This document shows positions 48,991-58,455 of a DNA stretch of 64,000 nt, piece by piece. Both the position numbers and the translations under genes were made by a program. This stretch comes from an uncultured Gammaproteobacteria bacterium (GTDB lineage Bacteria; Patescibacteriota; Patescibacteriia; UBA1558; GWA2-36-10), in the NCBI GenBank assembly GCA_964604515.1, contig CAZRZA010000001.1, positions 16,243 through 80,242 on the forward strand, written 5' to 3'. The notes beneath the pieces were generated by a model that ran no database searches, was not told the origin of the DNA, and saw only the letters and a program-made list of their open reading frames with translations. Position 1 is the first letter of the stretch. Every line of letters begins with the position of its first letter.

Positions 48991-49188
48991 CTATGAAACG
49001 GAGTTTTCTTTTTTTTCATACTTAGGCAAATTATTAACAAGAAAAGTATAGACCTCCCAAACTGCTGTACGACATTCGTAACAGCCTTGAACATGAAGCT
49101 TAATCTTCTCTTCTAAAGCATCTAAATCATCAGATCTTAGAGTGTTTACATAATCTGCTGTTTCTATCTCTGTTAGACATCTTTTCAT
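48991..49188 (-). CDS. Small zf-HC2 (ZAS anti-sigma-like) zinc-finger protein
   Basis: CLTEIETADYV...HVQGCYECR (C-x-HxxxCxxC). Confidence 0.65.
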   Translation of the reverse strand: MKRCLTEIETADYVNTLRSDDLDALEEKIKLHVQGCYECRTAVWEVYTFLVNNLPKYEKKENSVS

Positions 49189-49258
49189 TTCTTTGCCCTC
49201 TTTTATTAATGAACTATTGAAGAAATAAAACTATACCATAATAATAGAAAATAGTCAA

Positions 49259-49771
49259 TTATAAAAACCCTTTTATTAAATAGCCTAAAATAAAGCTTAT
49301 TAAAGCAACTCCTAAACTAACTATTAACATTTCAAGGAATCTCTTCTTTAAAGATATCTTTTTAATTGTTGAAATATAATAATTAAAGATAAAGATGATA
49401 AAAATAGATAAAATAATAGAAATACCTAAACAAAGATAAATATTATTAAGGAATAAATAAGGTAATATTAATATAATTACAGTAATTAAATAAGCTAATC
49501 CTGTATAGGTAGCAGCTTTAATAGGATTCTTATAATTACCTTCTGCCTTAGTAGATAGATATTCAGAGGCAGCCATTGATAAAGACGCTGCTATACCTGT
49601 TATTAATCCTGTTATAGCAATTAATTTAACCTCTTGTAAAGCTAATGTTAAGCCAGCTAAAATACCAATTAACTCCACCAAAGCATCGTTTAAACCTAAA
49701 ACAGCTGAAGAGATATATTTTAACTTCTTTCTATTATCTATACTTTTTCTAATTCTAGAAAATAAAAACAT
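49259..49771 (-). CDS. VIT1/CCC1 family membrane protein
   Basis: VLGLNDALVELIGILAG, GIAASLSMAASEYLS, LILPYL. Confidence 0.9.
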   Translation of the reverse strand: MFLFSRIRKSIDNRKKLKYISSAVLGLNDALVELIGILAGLTLALQEVKLIAITGLITGIAASLSMAASEYLSTKAEGNYKNPIKAATYTGLAYLITVIILILPYLFLNNIYLCLGISIILSIFIIFIFNYYISTIKKISLKKRFLEMLIVSLGVALISFILGYLIKGFL

Positions 49772-49881
49772 ATATATATTATATAGCAAAAATAATACTT
49801 TAACAAACTGTTTGACAAAAACAATTAAAGAAAGTAAAATAAATAATTATTTTGTTAATTAACATAAAAAGGAGAAAGAAA

Positions 49882-50388
49882 ATGGAAGAAAATAATAATA
49901 TATTTTCAGAAATAAAAAATGCATTAGAAATTTTAGCTGCTTCAAATTACCCTGGTTTAGAAAAAGATATTATTAATTTAAATCAAGCTAATGAAGTTCT
50001 TGATGCATTCATAGCTAACCCACCTATTCCACAATTTCCTGATAATATAAGAAATTATTCTCAAGAATTAAAAAGAATAGAAGAAGATAATAAAAATCTA
50101 TTAAAAAAATGGAAAAGTCTTCTTGCAGAAATACCTCATATTTGTTATGACGATGATACTGATTACATTGGAATGAATAATATTCTTTCCGGATGTTTTC
50201 CTCTGAATAATGATGAAACAAATGATGCATATGGTGTGGGATCTGGAATATTTGATTTTAGAGTAGACGGAAAAGCTGAAATTGATTTTGAAGAATCAAA
50301 ATACACCGGGAGTTGGGAAGAAGTATATAAAAAATTAATAGATTTTATGGAAAATTTATTAAAAAATACTACCCCTATGACTCCTTAA
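49882..50388 (+). CDS. Hypothetical orphan protein (start revised to 49882)
   Basis: AGGAG SD, TTGACA promoter, terminator 50392-50426. Confidence 0.65.
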   Translation: MEENNNIFSEIKNALEILAASNYPGLEKDIINLNQANEVLDAFIANPPIPQFPDNIRNYSQELKRIEEDNKNLLKKWKSLLAEIPHICYDDDTDYIGMNNILSGCFPLNNDETNDAYGVGSGIFDFRVDGKAEIDFEESKYTGSWEEVYKKLIDFMENLLKNTTPMTP

Positions 50389-50435
50389 TTAAAAAACCCC
50401 TTTATATAAAATATAAAGGGGTTTTAGTTGATGGT

Positions 50436-50720
50436 TCAAGTATGCAAGTATTTATTAATTAACTCTGGACAACCTATAACTTCAGCTACTTCTTGAATGT
50501 CTCTTAAAGTATGAGCAGAGCAATTCTCTATTGGATAATCAGAAAAAAAATCTTCTAAATAATCTTTAGTGGCAATCTTTTCTTCTTCTGATAAATTTAT
50601 TAGATCAGAAGACTCCCTGACTAGCTCCAAACGAGTAGCTTTGCCTCTATTGTCCAAAACAAAGACAATACCTTTAGACTCTATACTGTTATTATTACTT
50701 TCATTTATTTTCTTAGCCAT
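50436..50720 (-). CDS. Hypothetical orphan protein
   Basis: AGGAG SD, promoter, boxA-like motif. Confidence 0.6.
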   Translation of the reverse strand: MAKKINESNNNSIESKGIVFVLDNRGKATRLELVRESSDLINLSEEEKIATKDYLEDFFSDYPIENCSAHTLRDIQEVAEVIGCPELINKYLHT

Positions 50721-50909
50721 CTTTTCTCCTTTTGTTTGTTTTTTAATTGAATGTACTGTTCATTTATTTAATAAATGAAGATTAACAATACCATTCTATT
50801 ATTGTTTAGTCAATAATACATTAATTGACTAAATTATTTTTATATAATATACTAAATATTGTCACCTATTATAAGTAATGTACATTAAATTAAACAATGA
50901 GGAGAATAT

Positions 50910-51239
50910 ATGAAAAATAAAAATGATCATTATGATCAGTGTAAGCATAAATTAGAAAACTCTAAAGAATCTAAATATAAAACAATAGTATTTGGATTAG
51001 CAGTTAGTAAACTAACATGCGAAAAAGTTGTTGAGGCAACACTTCCTGTTATAATAGAAAGTCCAGATTTTTGTCCTAAAGAACTTGGTATTAGTTTAGG
51101 AACTTTTTATAAAGAAACAGAAATTGTTAAGGTCTTTCTTCATGAAGAAAGAAAACATTTACTTGAGCCTGTTTTAATAGGTTTAGAGATTGATTTAGAT
51201 AATATAATAAGCGGTTCATTAGAGGAGGCTCAAGCTTAA
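50910..51239 (+). CDS. Hypothetical orphan protein
   Basis: GAGGAG SD, promoter, terminator 51246-51270. Confidence 0.6.
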   Translation: MKNKNDHYDQCKHKLENSKESKYKTIVFGLAVSKLTCEKVVEATLPVIIESPDFCPKELGISLGTFYKETEIVKVFLHEERKHLLEPVLIGLEIDLDNIISGSLEEAQA

Positions 51240-51333
51240 AAAATTACCCCATCAAAAAAATTGATGGGGTTTTTATTTGTAATAAATATATAATAAAAAA
51301 GCCCAATTTTTAAAAATTGGGCTAAATATTATT

Positions 51334-51783
51334 TTAAGCATTAGCTACAAAATTATGCCTCATTATAAAGTCTAATTCTTCTTCTGCATTCTTAATAGAT
51401 TCATTCATAGATAAATTAAGTACAATACCCTTTATTAATTCCTTAGTATTTATATCATTATTTTCATTATGTATTAAACAATCATAAAAATTATCTTCTT
51501 TTAATAATTGATATTTATATAATCTTTCTATAAAAGTTTCTAATTCAATCTTCTTTTCTGGAAAAATAGAAAATTGAACTTCTCTGGTAAGAATACTGGC
51601 TTTATCAGAAGAAATTATTCCTAAACTATTCCAAACCCTTATCATTTCTATTAATGAATCCTGTGAAAAACAAGGACCAACCTCGTTTATTATTTCTTCT
51701 CCTTTTAGTTTTTGTATAAAACAATGTTTTGGTTTATTTTGACAGTGACATATTTCTAGTAAAAAGCTTACTTTATTTTTCAT
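51334..51783 (-). CDS. Hypothetical orphan protein with N-terminal CHC...HC cluster
   Basis: GAGGAG SD, promoter, terminator 51295-51323. Confidence 0.6.
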   Translation of the reverse strand: MKNKVSFLLEICHCQNKPKHCFIQKLKGEEIINEVGPCFSQDSLIEMIRVWNSLGIISSDKASILTREVQFSIFPEKKIELETFIERLYKYQLLKEDNFYDCLIHNENNDINTKELIKGIVLNLSMNESIKNAEEELDFIMRHNFVANA

Positions 51784-51932
51784 ATTTTGTCTCCTCTTTG
51801 CTTCATATTTTAAAGAACTATCAGATTAATCTGATCCTTTTTAATATACTCCCTCAAAATATGCTTGTCAATTAATTGACAAGTAAATTAATATATAATA
51901 ATCTTAAATAGTTAATAAAAGGAGGAATAATA

Positions 51933-52160
51933 ATGCGCTCTTTAAAAAGCATTCTACCAATTACTATGAATAATATGCTAAGTAGGGTAGAAAAAAAAGA
52001 TCTCCTTGATATAATAATAGATAATCAAGATAATATTATATTGCAGGAAGAAGCAAGAAAAATAATATTAAATAATAATCCTAGTAAAAAAGAGTTAGCT
52101 ATTATTAAAAAATATGCAATTCGGAAAAAACAAATGGAGATCAAATTTAAAGAGTCATAA
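51933..52160 (+). CDS. Hypothetical orphan protein
   Basis: AGGAGG SD, TTGACA promoter, terminator 52151-52177. Confidence 0.55.
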   Translation: MRSLKSILPITMNNMLSRVEKKDLLDIIIDNQDNIILQEEARKIILNNNPSKKELAIIKKYAIRKKQMEIKFKES

Positions 52161-52245
52161 TAATGTGGCTCTTTTTATTGACATTATTACTTTCTTGTAT
52201 TAGATTAAAATTAGTACTTTACAAATAAAAATAAGGAGAATAAAG

Positions 52246-52938
52246 ATGACTAATCCTTTGTCTTTTCTTAATAAGTTTTTGATAAAAATAAACGACTGGC
52301 GAGATAAGTGGTTACAATCTAAAATAAAATATTATTTAGAAGATTTTAAACAAAGATCTAAGAATAAAAAAGAATATTGGTTTGAAAAATTGTTTCTTCC
52401 TTTAGCTGAACAAACAATTGTTAATATTCCTAATCTTTTATCTTTATTTAGAGCGATCATGTCTGTTCCTATAGCTATTTTCATTATTGATAATAGACTT
52501 ATAGAGGCTTTCATATTCTTCTTTTTTAGTATGTTTCTTGATGCTATAGACGGACCATTAGCTAGAGCATTAAAACAAGAAACTGATTTAGGTGAATTAC
52601 TAGATCCTTTGGGAGATAAACTAATATTTGCTTCAGTTTTTTTAACCTTAGGAATGAAGTATCTTTCTGGTTTGGTCTTTACTTCAACTTTAATACTTGA
52701 ATTAGTAATTGTTTTCATGGCTTTAGTATTAAGACCAATAGCACAAAAGAAAAATTTAATTTTTATAAAAAAAGCTACTCTAGCTGGAAAAATTAAATTA
52801 AACTTACAAGCTATTGCTTGTGGTTTGCTTATTTTAAATATAATAGAAATAGCTACTATATTTTTTATTATTAGCTTACCCTTCTCTTTAATAGCTATTA
52901 TCAAGCACTTAATAATAAAAAAGCCCCCTAGTATATAA
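52246..52938 (+). CDS. CDP-alcohol phosphatidyltransferase family protein (PgsA-like)
   Basis: NIPNLLSLFR, DAIDGPLAR...TDLGELLDPLGDK, A..AGKIK...Q. Confidence 0.9.
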   Translation: MTNPLSFLNKFLIKINDWRDKWLQSKIKYYLEDFKQRSKNKKEYWFEKLFLPLAEQTIVNIPNLLSLFRAIMSVPIAIFIIDNRLIEAFIFFFFSMFLDAIDGPLARALKQETDLGELLDPLGDKLIFASVFLTLGMKYLSGLVFTSTLILELVIVFMALVLRPIAQKKNLIFIKKATLAGKIKLNLQAIACGLLILNIIEIATIFFIISLPFSLIAIIKHLIIKKPPSI

Positions 52939-52960
52939 TTATTACAATGTGGGGGGTTTT

Positions 52961-54727
52961 TTATTTTTTATACTTAGGAATAATAAGGGTAATTTCTGTT
53001 CCTTTGTTTTCTATGCTACTTAAATATATTTTACCATTCATTAATCTTATTAATCGTTTAGTTATCCATAAGCCGAGACCAGTTCCTTCAATACCAGCTG
53101 TTTTATTATTCTTAACTCTATTAAACTTAGTAAATAACCCCTCTTGATCCTTATATGCTATGCCAATACCTGAATCTTTTACTATTATTTTTATGAAGCT
53201 ACTTTCTTCTTTAGCAGAAATTTCTATACCACCCTTATTTGTATATTTAATAGCATTATCTATTAAATTAATAAAAACTTGTTTTAATTTATCTTCATCT
53301 GCTAAAACTGGGGAAATATTTTTAGGTATATTTAGTTCTAAATTTAAATTTTTCTCCTTAATTTTTAAAATGAGCTGTTCAGTAACTTCTTTAACTATTT
53401 TTTCTAAGTTTACTTCTTCTAATTCTATTGGTAACCTTTTTTGTTCAATACGAGAAACGTCTAATAAATCATTAACTAATTTTCCTAAACGATTATTTGA
53501 TACTTCTATAATTTTTAAAGTTTTCTTAATTTTATCATCCACCTCACCAAAATCCCCTTCTAAAGTCATAGAAACAAAACCCTTGATAGCTGAAATTGGT
53601 GTTCTTAATTCATGAGAAGCCATAGAAATAAATTCATCTTTCATTTTATCTAAACCCTTTAATTCTTCATATGATTTATTTAAGGCTTTAGTCATTTTAT
53701 TAAATGAATTAGCTAATGTACCTATTTCATCTTTAGAGTCTACATTTATTTTATATTTTAAATTACCCTTACTAACTATGTTTGTTCCTTTAATTAACCT
53801 TAATAATGGTTTGGTAATGGTACGAGAAAATATAAGTCCTAATAAAGTAATGACTAATAAAATAGCTGAAGTAACTAAAAAAACAAAAACTCTTAACTTT
53901 TCAATAGACCTAAAGGCTTCTGATTGATTTATTTCTGCTAAAAGACAAACATTTCTTTCTTCAATCCATGTATAAGCCCCTATCACTGGTATATTATCAT
54001 AATTATCATATAGAGCTAAGCCATTGTTATGTTTCAAGCATTCTTTAGTTGCTTCTGTGTAAATAACGTCCTTAAATACTTTTTTAGAAAGGCTTGTTTC
54101 TTCCCCGCTAACTAAAAAATTAAATTTATTAACTAAATAAGTCTCTCCACTATTACTTAAACCAACCTTTTCTTTCATTATCTCATTTATCTTTTCTAAT
54201 TTAATTCTACCAATTAATACGCTTTCTAAAGACCCTTCTTTACTATTTAAAGGAGTAGATATAGTAAGAGCCGGTTGTCCTAATGCTAAAGAATAATAAA
54301 TATTTTTAATAAAAGTTTTATTTTTACCTTCTTTAAAATATTCTTCTGATATTTTTATTTTACCAATATTATTTTTATTTGTAGAAACAACTATTTGACC
54401 ATTATTTTTATCTAAAATAAATAACTCAAAAAAACCTAATTCTTTATTCAATAGTTCTTCTAAAATAGGTTGATCTGAACTATTAATGCTATTGTTCTTT
54501 ATAATTTCACCGATCAATACTAAACTTTGTGCTTGTTGATTTATCCAGCTATTAATTTCTTCCTGCTTTAATATAGAAACAGAAATAAGATGATCAAAGG
54601 TTTCTTTTTTTATTATATCTTCACTATTTTTAAAAGAAAAATAGCCAGTTATAATAAGTGGTAAAAAGGAGATTACTACAAAATATAATAATAATCTTAT
54701 TCTTATGTTTTTTTTAGGAGAGTTCAT
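52961..54727 (-). CDS. Membrane sensor histidine kinase (dCache-HAMP-HisKA-HATPase)
   Basis: DEIGTLANSFNKM, ASHELRTP, NLIDNAIKY, DSGIGI, GTGLGL. Confidence 0.95.
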   Translation of the reverse strand: MNSPKKNIRIRLLLYFVVISFLPLIITGYFSFKNSEDIIKKETFDHLISVSILKQEEINSWINQQAQSLVLIGEIIKNNSINSSDQPILEELLNKELGFFELFILDKNNGQIVVSTNKNNIGKIKISEEYFKEGKNKTFIKNIYYSLALGQPALTISTPLNSKEGSLESVLIGRIKLEKINEIMKEKVGLSNSGETYLVNKFNFLVSGEETSLSKKVFKDVIYTEATKECLKHNNGLALYDNYDNIPVIGAYTWIEERNVCLLAEINQSEAFRSIEKLRVFVFLVTSAILLVITLLGLIFSRTITKPLLRLIKGTNIVSKGNLKYKINVDSKDEIGTLANSFNKMTKALNKSYEELKGLDKMKDEFISMASHELRTPISAIKGFVSMTLEGDFGEVDDKIKKTLKIIEVSNNRLGKLVNDLLDVSRIEQKRLPIELEEVNLEKIVKEVTEQLILKIKEKNLNLELNIPKNISPVLADEDKLKQVFINLIDNAIKYTNKGGIEISAKEESSFIKIIVKDSGIGIAYKDQEGLFTKFNRVKNNKTAGIEGTGLGLWITKRLIRLMNGKIYLSSIENKGTEITLIIPKYKK

Positions 54728-54750
54728 TTATTATTTAAATTATAAATAAC

Positions 54751-55737
54751 CTATCTTAGTATTTTATCTAAAAACTCCATACTATATGCTTCCTTGATAT
54801 TAAAAGTATTTTTAATTTCTCCATACTCTAATAAAGTATTATACATTTCTTCCCATTTCTTTTCATCCATATCACCGATCTCATTGTCACCAGTATATAT
54901 TAATGGTCTTTGATGATTAAAAATATATTCTTCATAGTCCTTATCTTTATATCTACCGCTTTCATATTTTGGTAATATTTTTAAAACATAGTCTTCATGC
55001 TCTATAGCATATTGCCACCCTCTTAAAGTAGCTCTTAAAAATTTCTCTACTAACTCTGGATTACTATCAATAATATTATCTGTAGTAAAGATAGTGTCTG
55101 CATAGAATATAACATCATAATCATAGGGCATAATTGTATTTACCTCATAACCCTCTTCTTCTATTTTATAAATTTCGTCTGTAACATACATAGTAAAAGC
55201 ATCATAAGTACCGTCTAATAAAGGGTGAAAATCAAAGCCTGCATCAATAATATTCATCTGTCCTTTTATGTTTAACCTGTTCATCAAGGTACTGTGTATT
55301 GTAGGAGCGTCTGGTGTTAAGCCAATGTTCTTACCAACAAAATCTTGTGGTTTTTTTATTCCAGAATCTTTTAATGTCACATAACCTAAAGGACTTATTT
55401 GAAATATTACACTAATAGCTTTTAGTTTATTACCCTCACTAATCTTTGTTAAAATTCTGGCAGGATCATCAACGCCAAACTCTGCCTCTCCAGCTAGAAC
55501 AATATCTGTTGGTTCTTTAGCAAAATCTGATTCTTCAAAGTTTACGTCTAAACCCTCATCTTCGTAATAACCTTTTTCAAGAGCAGTATAAAAACCAGAA
55601 AACTGTGCTTGATGTAACCATTTTAATCTTACGGTTACTTTTTCTAATTCTTCATTACTTTTATTATTTTCTAAAAAAAAGTAAACTAAACCTAAAATGA
55701 TTATTAAAAAAATAATTGTTAAAATAGATTTTTTCAT
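54751..55737 (-). CDS. NMT1/THI5-like substrate-binding protein
   Basis: LKWLHQAQFSGFYTALEKGYYEDEGLDV, IFQISP, FLRATLRGWQYA. Confidence 0.9.
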   Translation of the reverse strand: MKKSILTIIFLIIILGLVYFFLENNKSNEELEKVTVRLKWLHQAQFSGFYTALEKGYYEDEGLDVNFEESDFAKEPTDIVLAGEAEFGVDDPARILTKISEGNKLKAISVIFQISPLGYVTLKDSGIKKPQDFVGKNIGLTPDAPTIHSTLMNRLNIKGQMNIIDAGFDFHPLLDGTYDAFTMYVTDEIYKIEEEGYEVNTIMPYDYDVIFYADTIFTTDNIIDSNPELVEKFLRATLRGWQYAIEHEDYVLKILPKYESGRYKDKDYEEYIFNHQRPLIYTGDNEIGDMDEKKWEEMYNTLLEYGEIKNTFNIKEAYSMEFLDKILR

Positions 55738-55831
55738 ATATTTTATTTACTAATTACTAATATTATATCATGAAATAAAACAAAAAACGAGATAATATCT
55801 CGTTTTTTACTATTTATTTAATAACTTATAC

Positions 55832-56374
55832 TTATTTAAACTGTTTAATTAAATTATTTACATTATCACTTGTAATTTGAAAACCATTGCTACTTGCTTT
55901 TTGTAATGCTTGGTTATTAGTGATAATATTACTCACCTCTTCTTCATTTAACCCCTCTGCTTTAATAAAGGTATCTTTTAATAATTCACTATTTTCTAAA
56001 ACTTTACCAAATTTAATTTTAGTACCAATTATTAAATTATCTGGATTCTCCTCTATACCATAATTTAAATAATTATTCACAACCTCATCCTTTAAAGCAT
56101 CTATTAAGTATGTTTGCTTTGCTTCTCCTAGCTCATTCCACTTATTATCTGTAATACTCAACATTATCTGTTCTTTAGATAGATTCCAAATATTATCACC
56201 AGCCTTAACTTCGACTTCAAAATGTGAATCTATTTTATAATCACTTTTTATGTTTTCTTCTAAATTTATAGTTGAATTTTCTTCATCTTTATTAATATCG
56301 ACCCTCTGATTAGCAGAGGTACACCCTGTTAAAAATGTTAACAGTATAAAAATAAAAAATACTTTTTTCTTCAT
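55832..56374 (-). CDS. Putative lipoprotein with LysM-like segment
   Basis: Lipobox LTGC; EVKAGDNIWNLS...NPDNLIIG. Confidence 0.65.
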   Translation of the reverse strand: MKKKVFFIFILLTFLTGCTSANQRVDINKDEENSTINLEENIKSDYKIDSHFEVEVKAGDNIWNLSKEQIMLSITDNKWNELGEAKQTYLIDALKDEVVNNYLNYGIEENPDNLIIGTKIKFGKVLENSELLKDTFIKAEGLNEEEVSNIITNNQALQKASSNGFQITSDNVNNLIKQFK

Positions 56375-56480
56375 ATATAATAATCTTACTTATAATTTAT
56401 TACTTTATTGTAATAAATAAAAATTGTCAATAAAAAAATAAGGTTAATAAACCTTATTTAAATTTTAATTTCTCTAAAAA

Positions 56481-57041
56481 CTATTTTTTCTTACTGCTTT
56501 TTTTCTTTTTTACAACTTTCTTTTTTTTCTTAAGAACCTTAACTTTTTTCTTTTTAGAAAAAGATCCTAAAACTGCTTTTTCTAATTTTATAAAATCTTT
56601 TACTGTTAATTCTAAAGAATGATTAGAGCTTCCTGTTGAAAAAACTGCTTTTTTTAATTTATCTAGTTTAGATTCAACAATAACTGGTACTTTATGTAAA
56701 TTACCAAAAGCACTTATTGCTCCTGCTTTAACTTTTAAAGAATTTTCTATAATTTTCTCACCTGGTATTTTTAAAATTTTAATATCTTTTTGTTGGGCCT
56801 TGCTAATTATTTTTTTTAATTTATCTAAATCTAAATTATGATCTGCTGGTAAAAGAACTAAATAATAATCTTTATCTGCTTTTACTAATAAAGATTTAGC
56901 AATTTCTTCTAACTTCTTCCTCATTGTTAAAGCAGCATCAATAGCTGTATAAACTGTTTTGTGCTCCAAGATCTCATGGTCTATACCAGATTTTTCTAAA
57001 TAATTTAAAACCTTTTTAGAAATTTTTGTTTTCTTGGCCAT
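56481..57041 (-). CDS. YbaK/EbsC family aminoacyl-tRNA deacylase-like protein, Lys-rich tail
   Basis: LEHKTVYTA, IAKSLLVK, GAISAFG, GS.NHSL. Confidence 0.88.
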   Translation of the reverse strand: MAKKTKISKKVLNYLEKSGIDHEILEHKTVYTAIDAALTMRKKLEEIAKSLLVKADKDYYLVLLPADHNLDLDKLKKIISKAQQKDIKILKIPGEKIIENSLKVKAGAISAFGNLHKVPVIVESKLDKLKKAVFSTGSSNHSLELTVKDFIKLEKAVLGSFSKKKKVKVLKKKKKVVKKKKSSKKK

Positions 57042-57067
57042 ATAATTATATTAAGATAAAAAATATA

Positions 57068-57199
57068 TTATTTAATAATTGATAATAATACTAAACAAGA
57101 AAAAAAGAACATAGCTAATAGTGGCCAATTTGTGTAACCAGTTGCTGTTGTTCCATAATTTGTATCTACTAAAGTAAAGCTTTTAATATCTTTTTTCAT
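57068..57199 (-). CDS. 43-aa small membrane protein (not in ORF track)
   Basis: MKKDIKSFTLVDTNYGTTATGYTNWPLLAMFFFSCLVLLSIIK. Confidence 0.4.
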   Translation of the reverse strand: MKKDIKSFTLVDTNYGTTATGYTNWPLLAMFFFSCLVLLSIIK

Positions 57200-57301
57200 A
57201 ATTTTATTTTTCTTATTATTTTTAATAAAATAATTACTTATTAACTTATAATTCTATTATACCACTTTTATACAAAAGATAAAACCCTATAAAATAGGGT
57301 T

Positions 57302-57442
57302 TTATTTAGCTTCTGAATTTCTATGCCTTTCTATTTCTCTCCATAAATACATTAAAGTATATAAAATGATTAAGAAAGGAATTTTTATTAATTTCCAAAA
57401 TAGAAAAATATTATTTCCGAAGCTTTTTAAAAAATACTCCAT
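57302..57442 (-). CDS. 46-aa small membrane protein (not in ORF track)
   Basis: MEYFLKSFGNNIFLFWKLIKIPFLIILYTLMYLWREIERHRNSEAK; GGGAGG SD, tgttataat -10, terminator aaaaccctat/atagggtttt. Confidence 0.55.
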   Translation of the reverse strand: MEYFLKSFGNNIFLFWKLIKIPFLIILYTLMYLWREIERHRNSEAK

Positions 57443-57494
57443 TGTTTGCCTCCCTTTTTCTATTGGATTATATTATAACACTTTTAATAAATTA

Positions 57495-58301
57495 TTAATA
57501 GTTTAAAATAGTACAAAGCTCTTCTACTGTATTTATATTATTACTATCAATATCACTGATAATTATGTCTGTTAAACAAAGTTCTGTGTTTTCTATACTT
57601 AAAGTATCAAAACTTAAATTAGTAAGGACACCATTAGCAGTCTCTATGCTATTACCTACGGTTGAAAATCCTAAAATAATATTTGTTCCTTCTCCAACCA
57701 TAATATCTATATCATATTCATCAACTAAGCCTCCAAAAGCTCCTATAGCTACTAATTGATCATTTATTGATTCTAAATCAAATTGAAAACCAGCTACTAC
57801 TAAATTACTGTTTATAAGTATCTCTATAGTACTATTTTCATAATCAACTTGACCAAAGGATAAGTAAGTGCCGCTTTCGCTACCACTATCATCAGAATTA
57901 TCACCATCCTCTTCATTGTTGTTTTCTTGATTTTCATCTTCTTGGTTTTCATTATTATCTTCTGATTCATTTGTTTCTGAATCATTATTACTTTCTTCGC
58001 TTTCTTCTGATTCATTTGTTTCTGAATCATCACTAATATTTTCATCTCCAATATTAGTATCTTCTTGCTGATAATCATTCATATCGGCTACATTAGCACT
58101 TTCTTCATTGTTATTATCGGTATTATTATTTACCGGCACAAGTCTCTTTGGGCTGTCATCTTCTAAAGAAGAACAATCTGAGCCTTTTAAACAAATAGGT
58201 GCTTTTTCTTTAATCTTTTTATTAATATTTAACTTTTTTACTTCGGAAGTACATCCAGTTAATAGTATAACTATAATAAAAAGTAAAATAACTTTTTTCA
58301 T
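57495..58301 (-). CDS. Lipoprotein with acidic low-complexity linker and C-terminal cohesin-like beta-sandwich
   Basis: Lipobox LTGC, D/E/N/S linker, VAGFQFDL...AFGGL...ILGFS..GNSI...GVLT...LCLTDIIISD. Confidence 0.75.
   Translation of the reverse strand: MKKVILLFIIVILLTGCTSEVKKLNINKKIKEKAPICLKGSDCSSLEDDSPKRLVPVNNNTDNNNEESANVADMNDYQQEDTNIGDENISDDSETNESEESEESNNDSETNESEDNNENQEDENQENNNEEDGDNSDDSGSESGTYLSFGQVDYENSTIEILINSNLVVAGFQFDLESINDQLVAIGAFGGLVDEYDIDIMVGEGTNIILGFSTVGNSIETANGVLTNLSFDTLSIENTELCLTDIIISDIDSNNINTVEELCTILNY
57960..58030. repeat. Direct repeat within the acidic linker (DSETNESE x2)
   Basis: ttctgattcatttgtttctgaatcat occurs at about 57960 and 58005. Confidence 0.7.
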
Positions 58302-58455
58302 ATTTTTTTAATTAATTTTTAGTCACAAATATAAAGACGAGCTTTTATAGGTATTATTACACCTAATATATTGCTAAATTATAACTAATATGTTATACAT
58401 ATAAATCAATTAATAATGATTGATATCACTGTACATTAACAAAAAAGGAGAAAAA

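Noticed and set aside
47897-52965. Integron with cassette array
   Set aside because: The recombinase lacks the IntI insertion and catalytic residues; genes face both ways with their own promoters; intergenic hairpins look like terminators, not attC sites (no RYYYAAC/GTTRRRY pairs seen).
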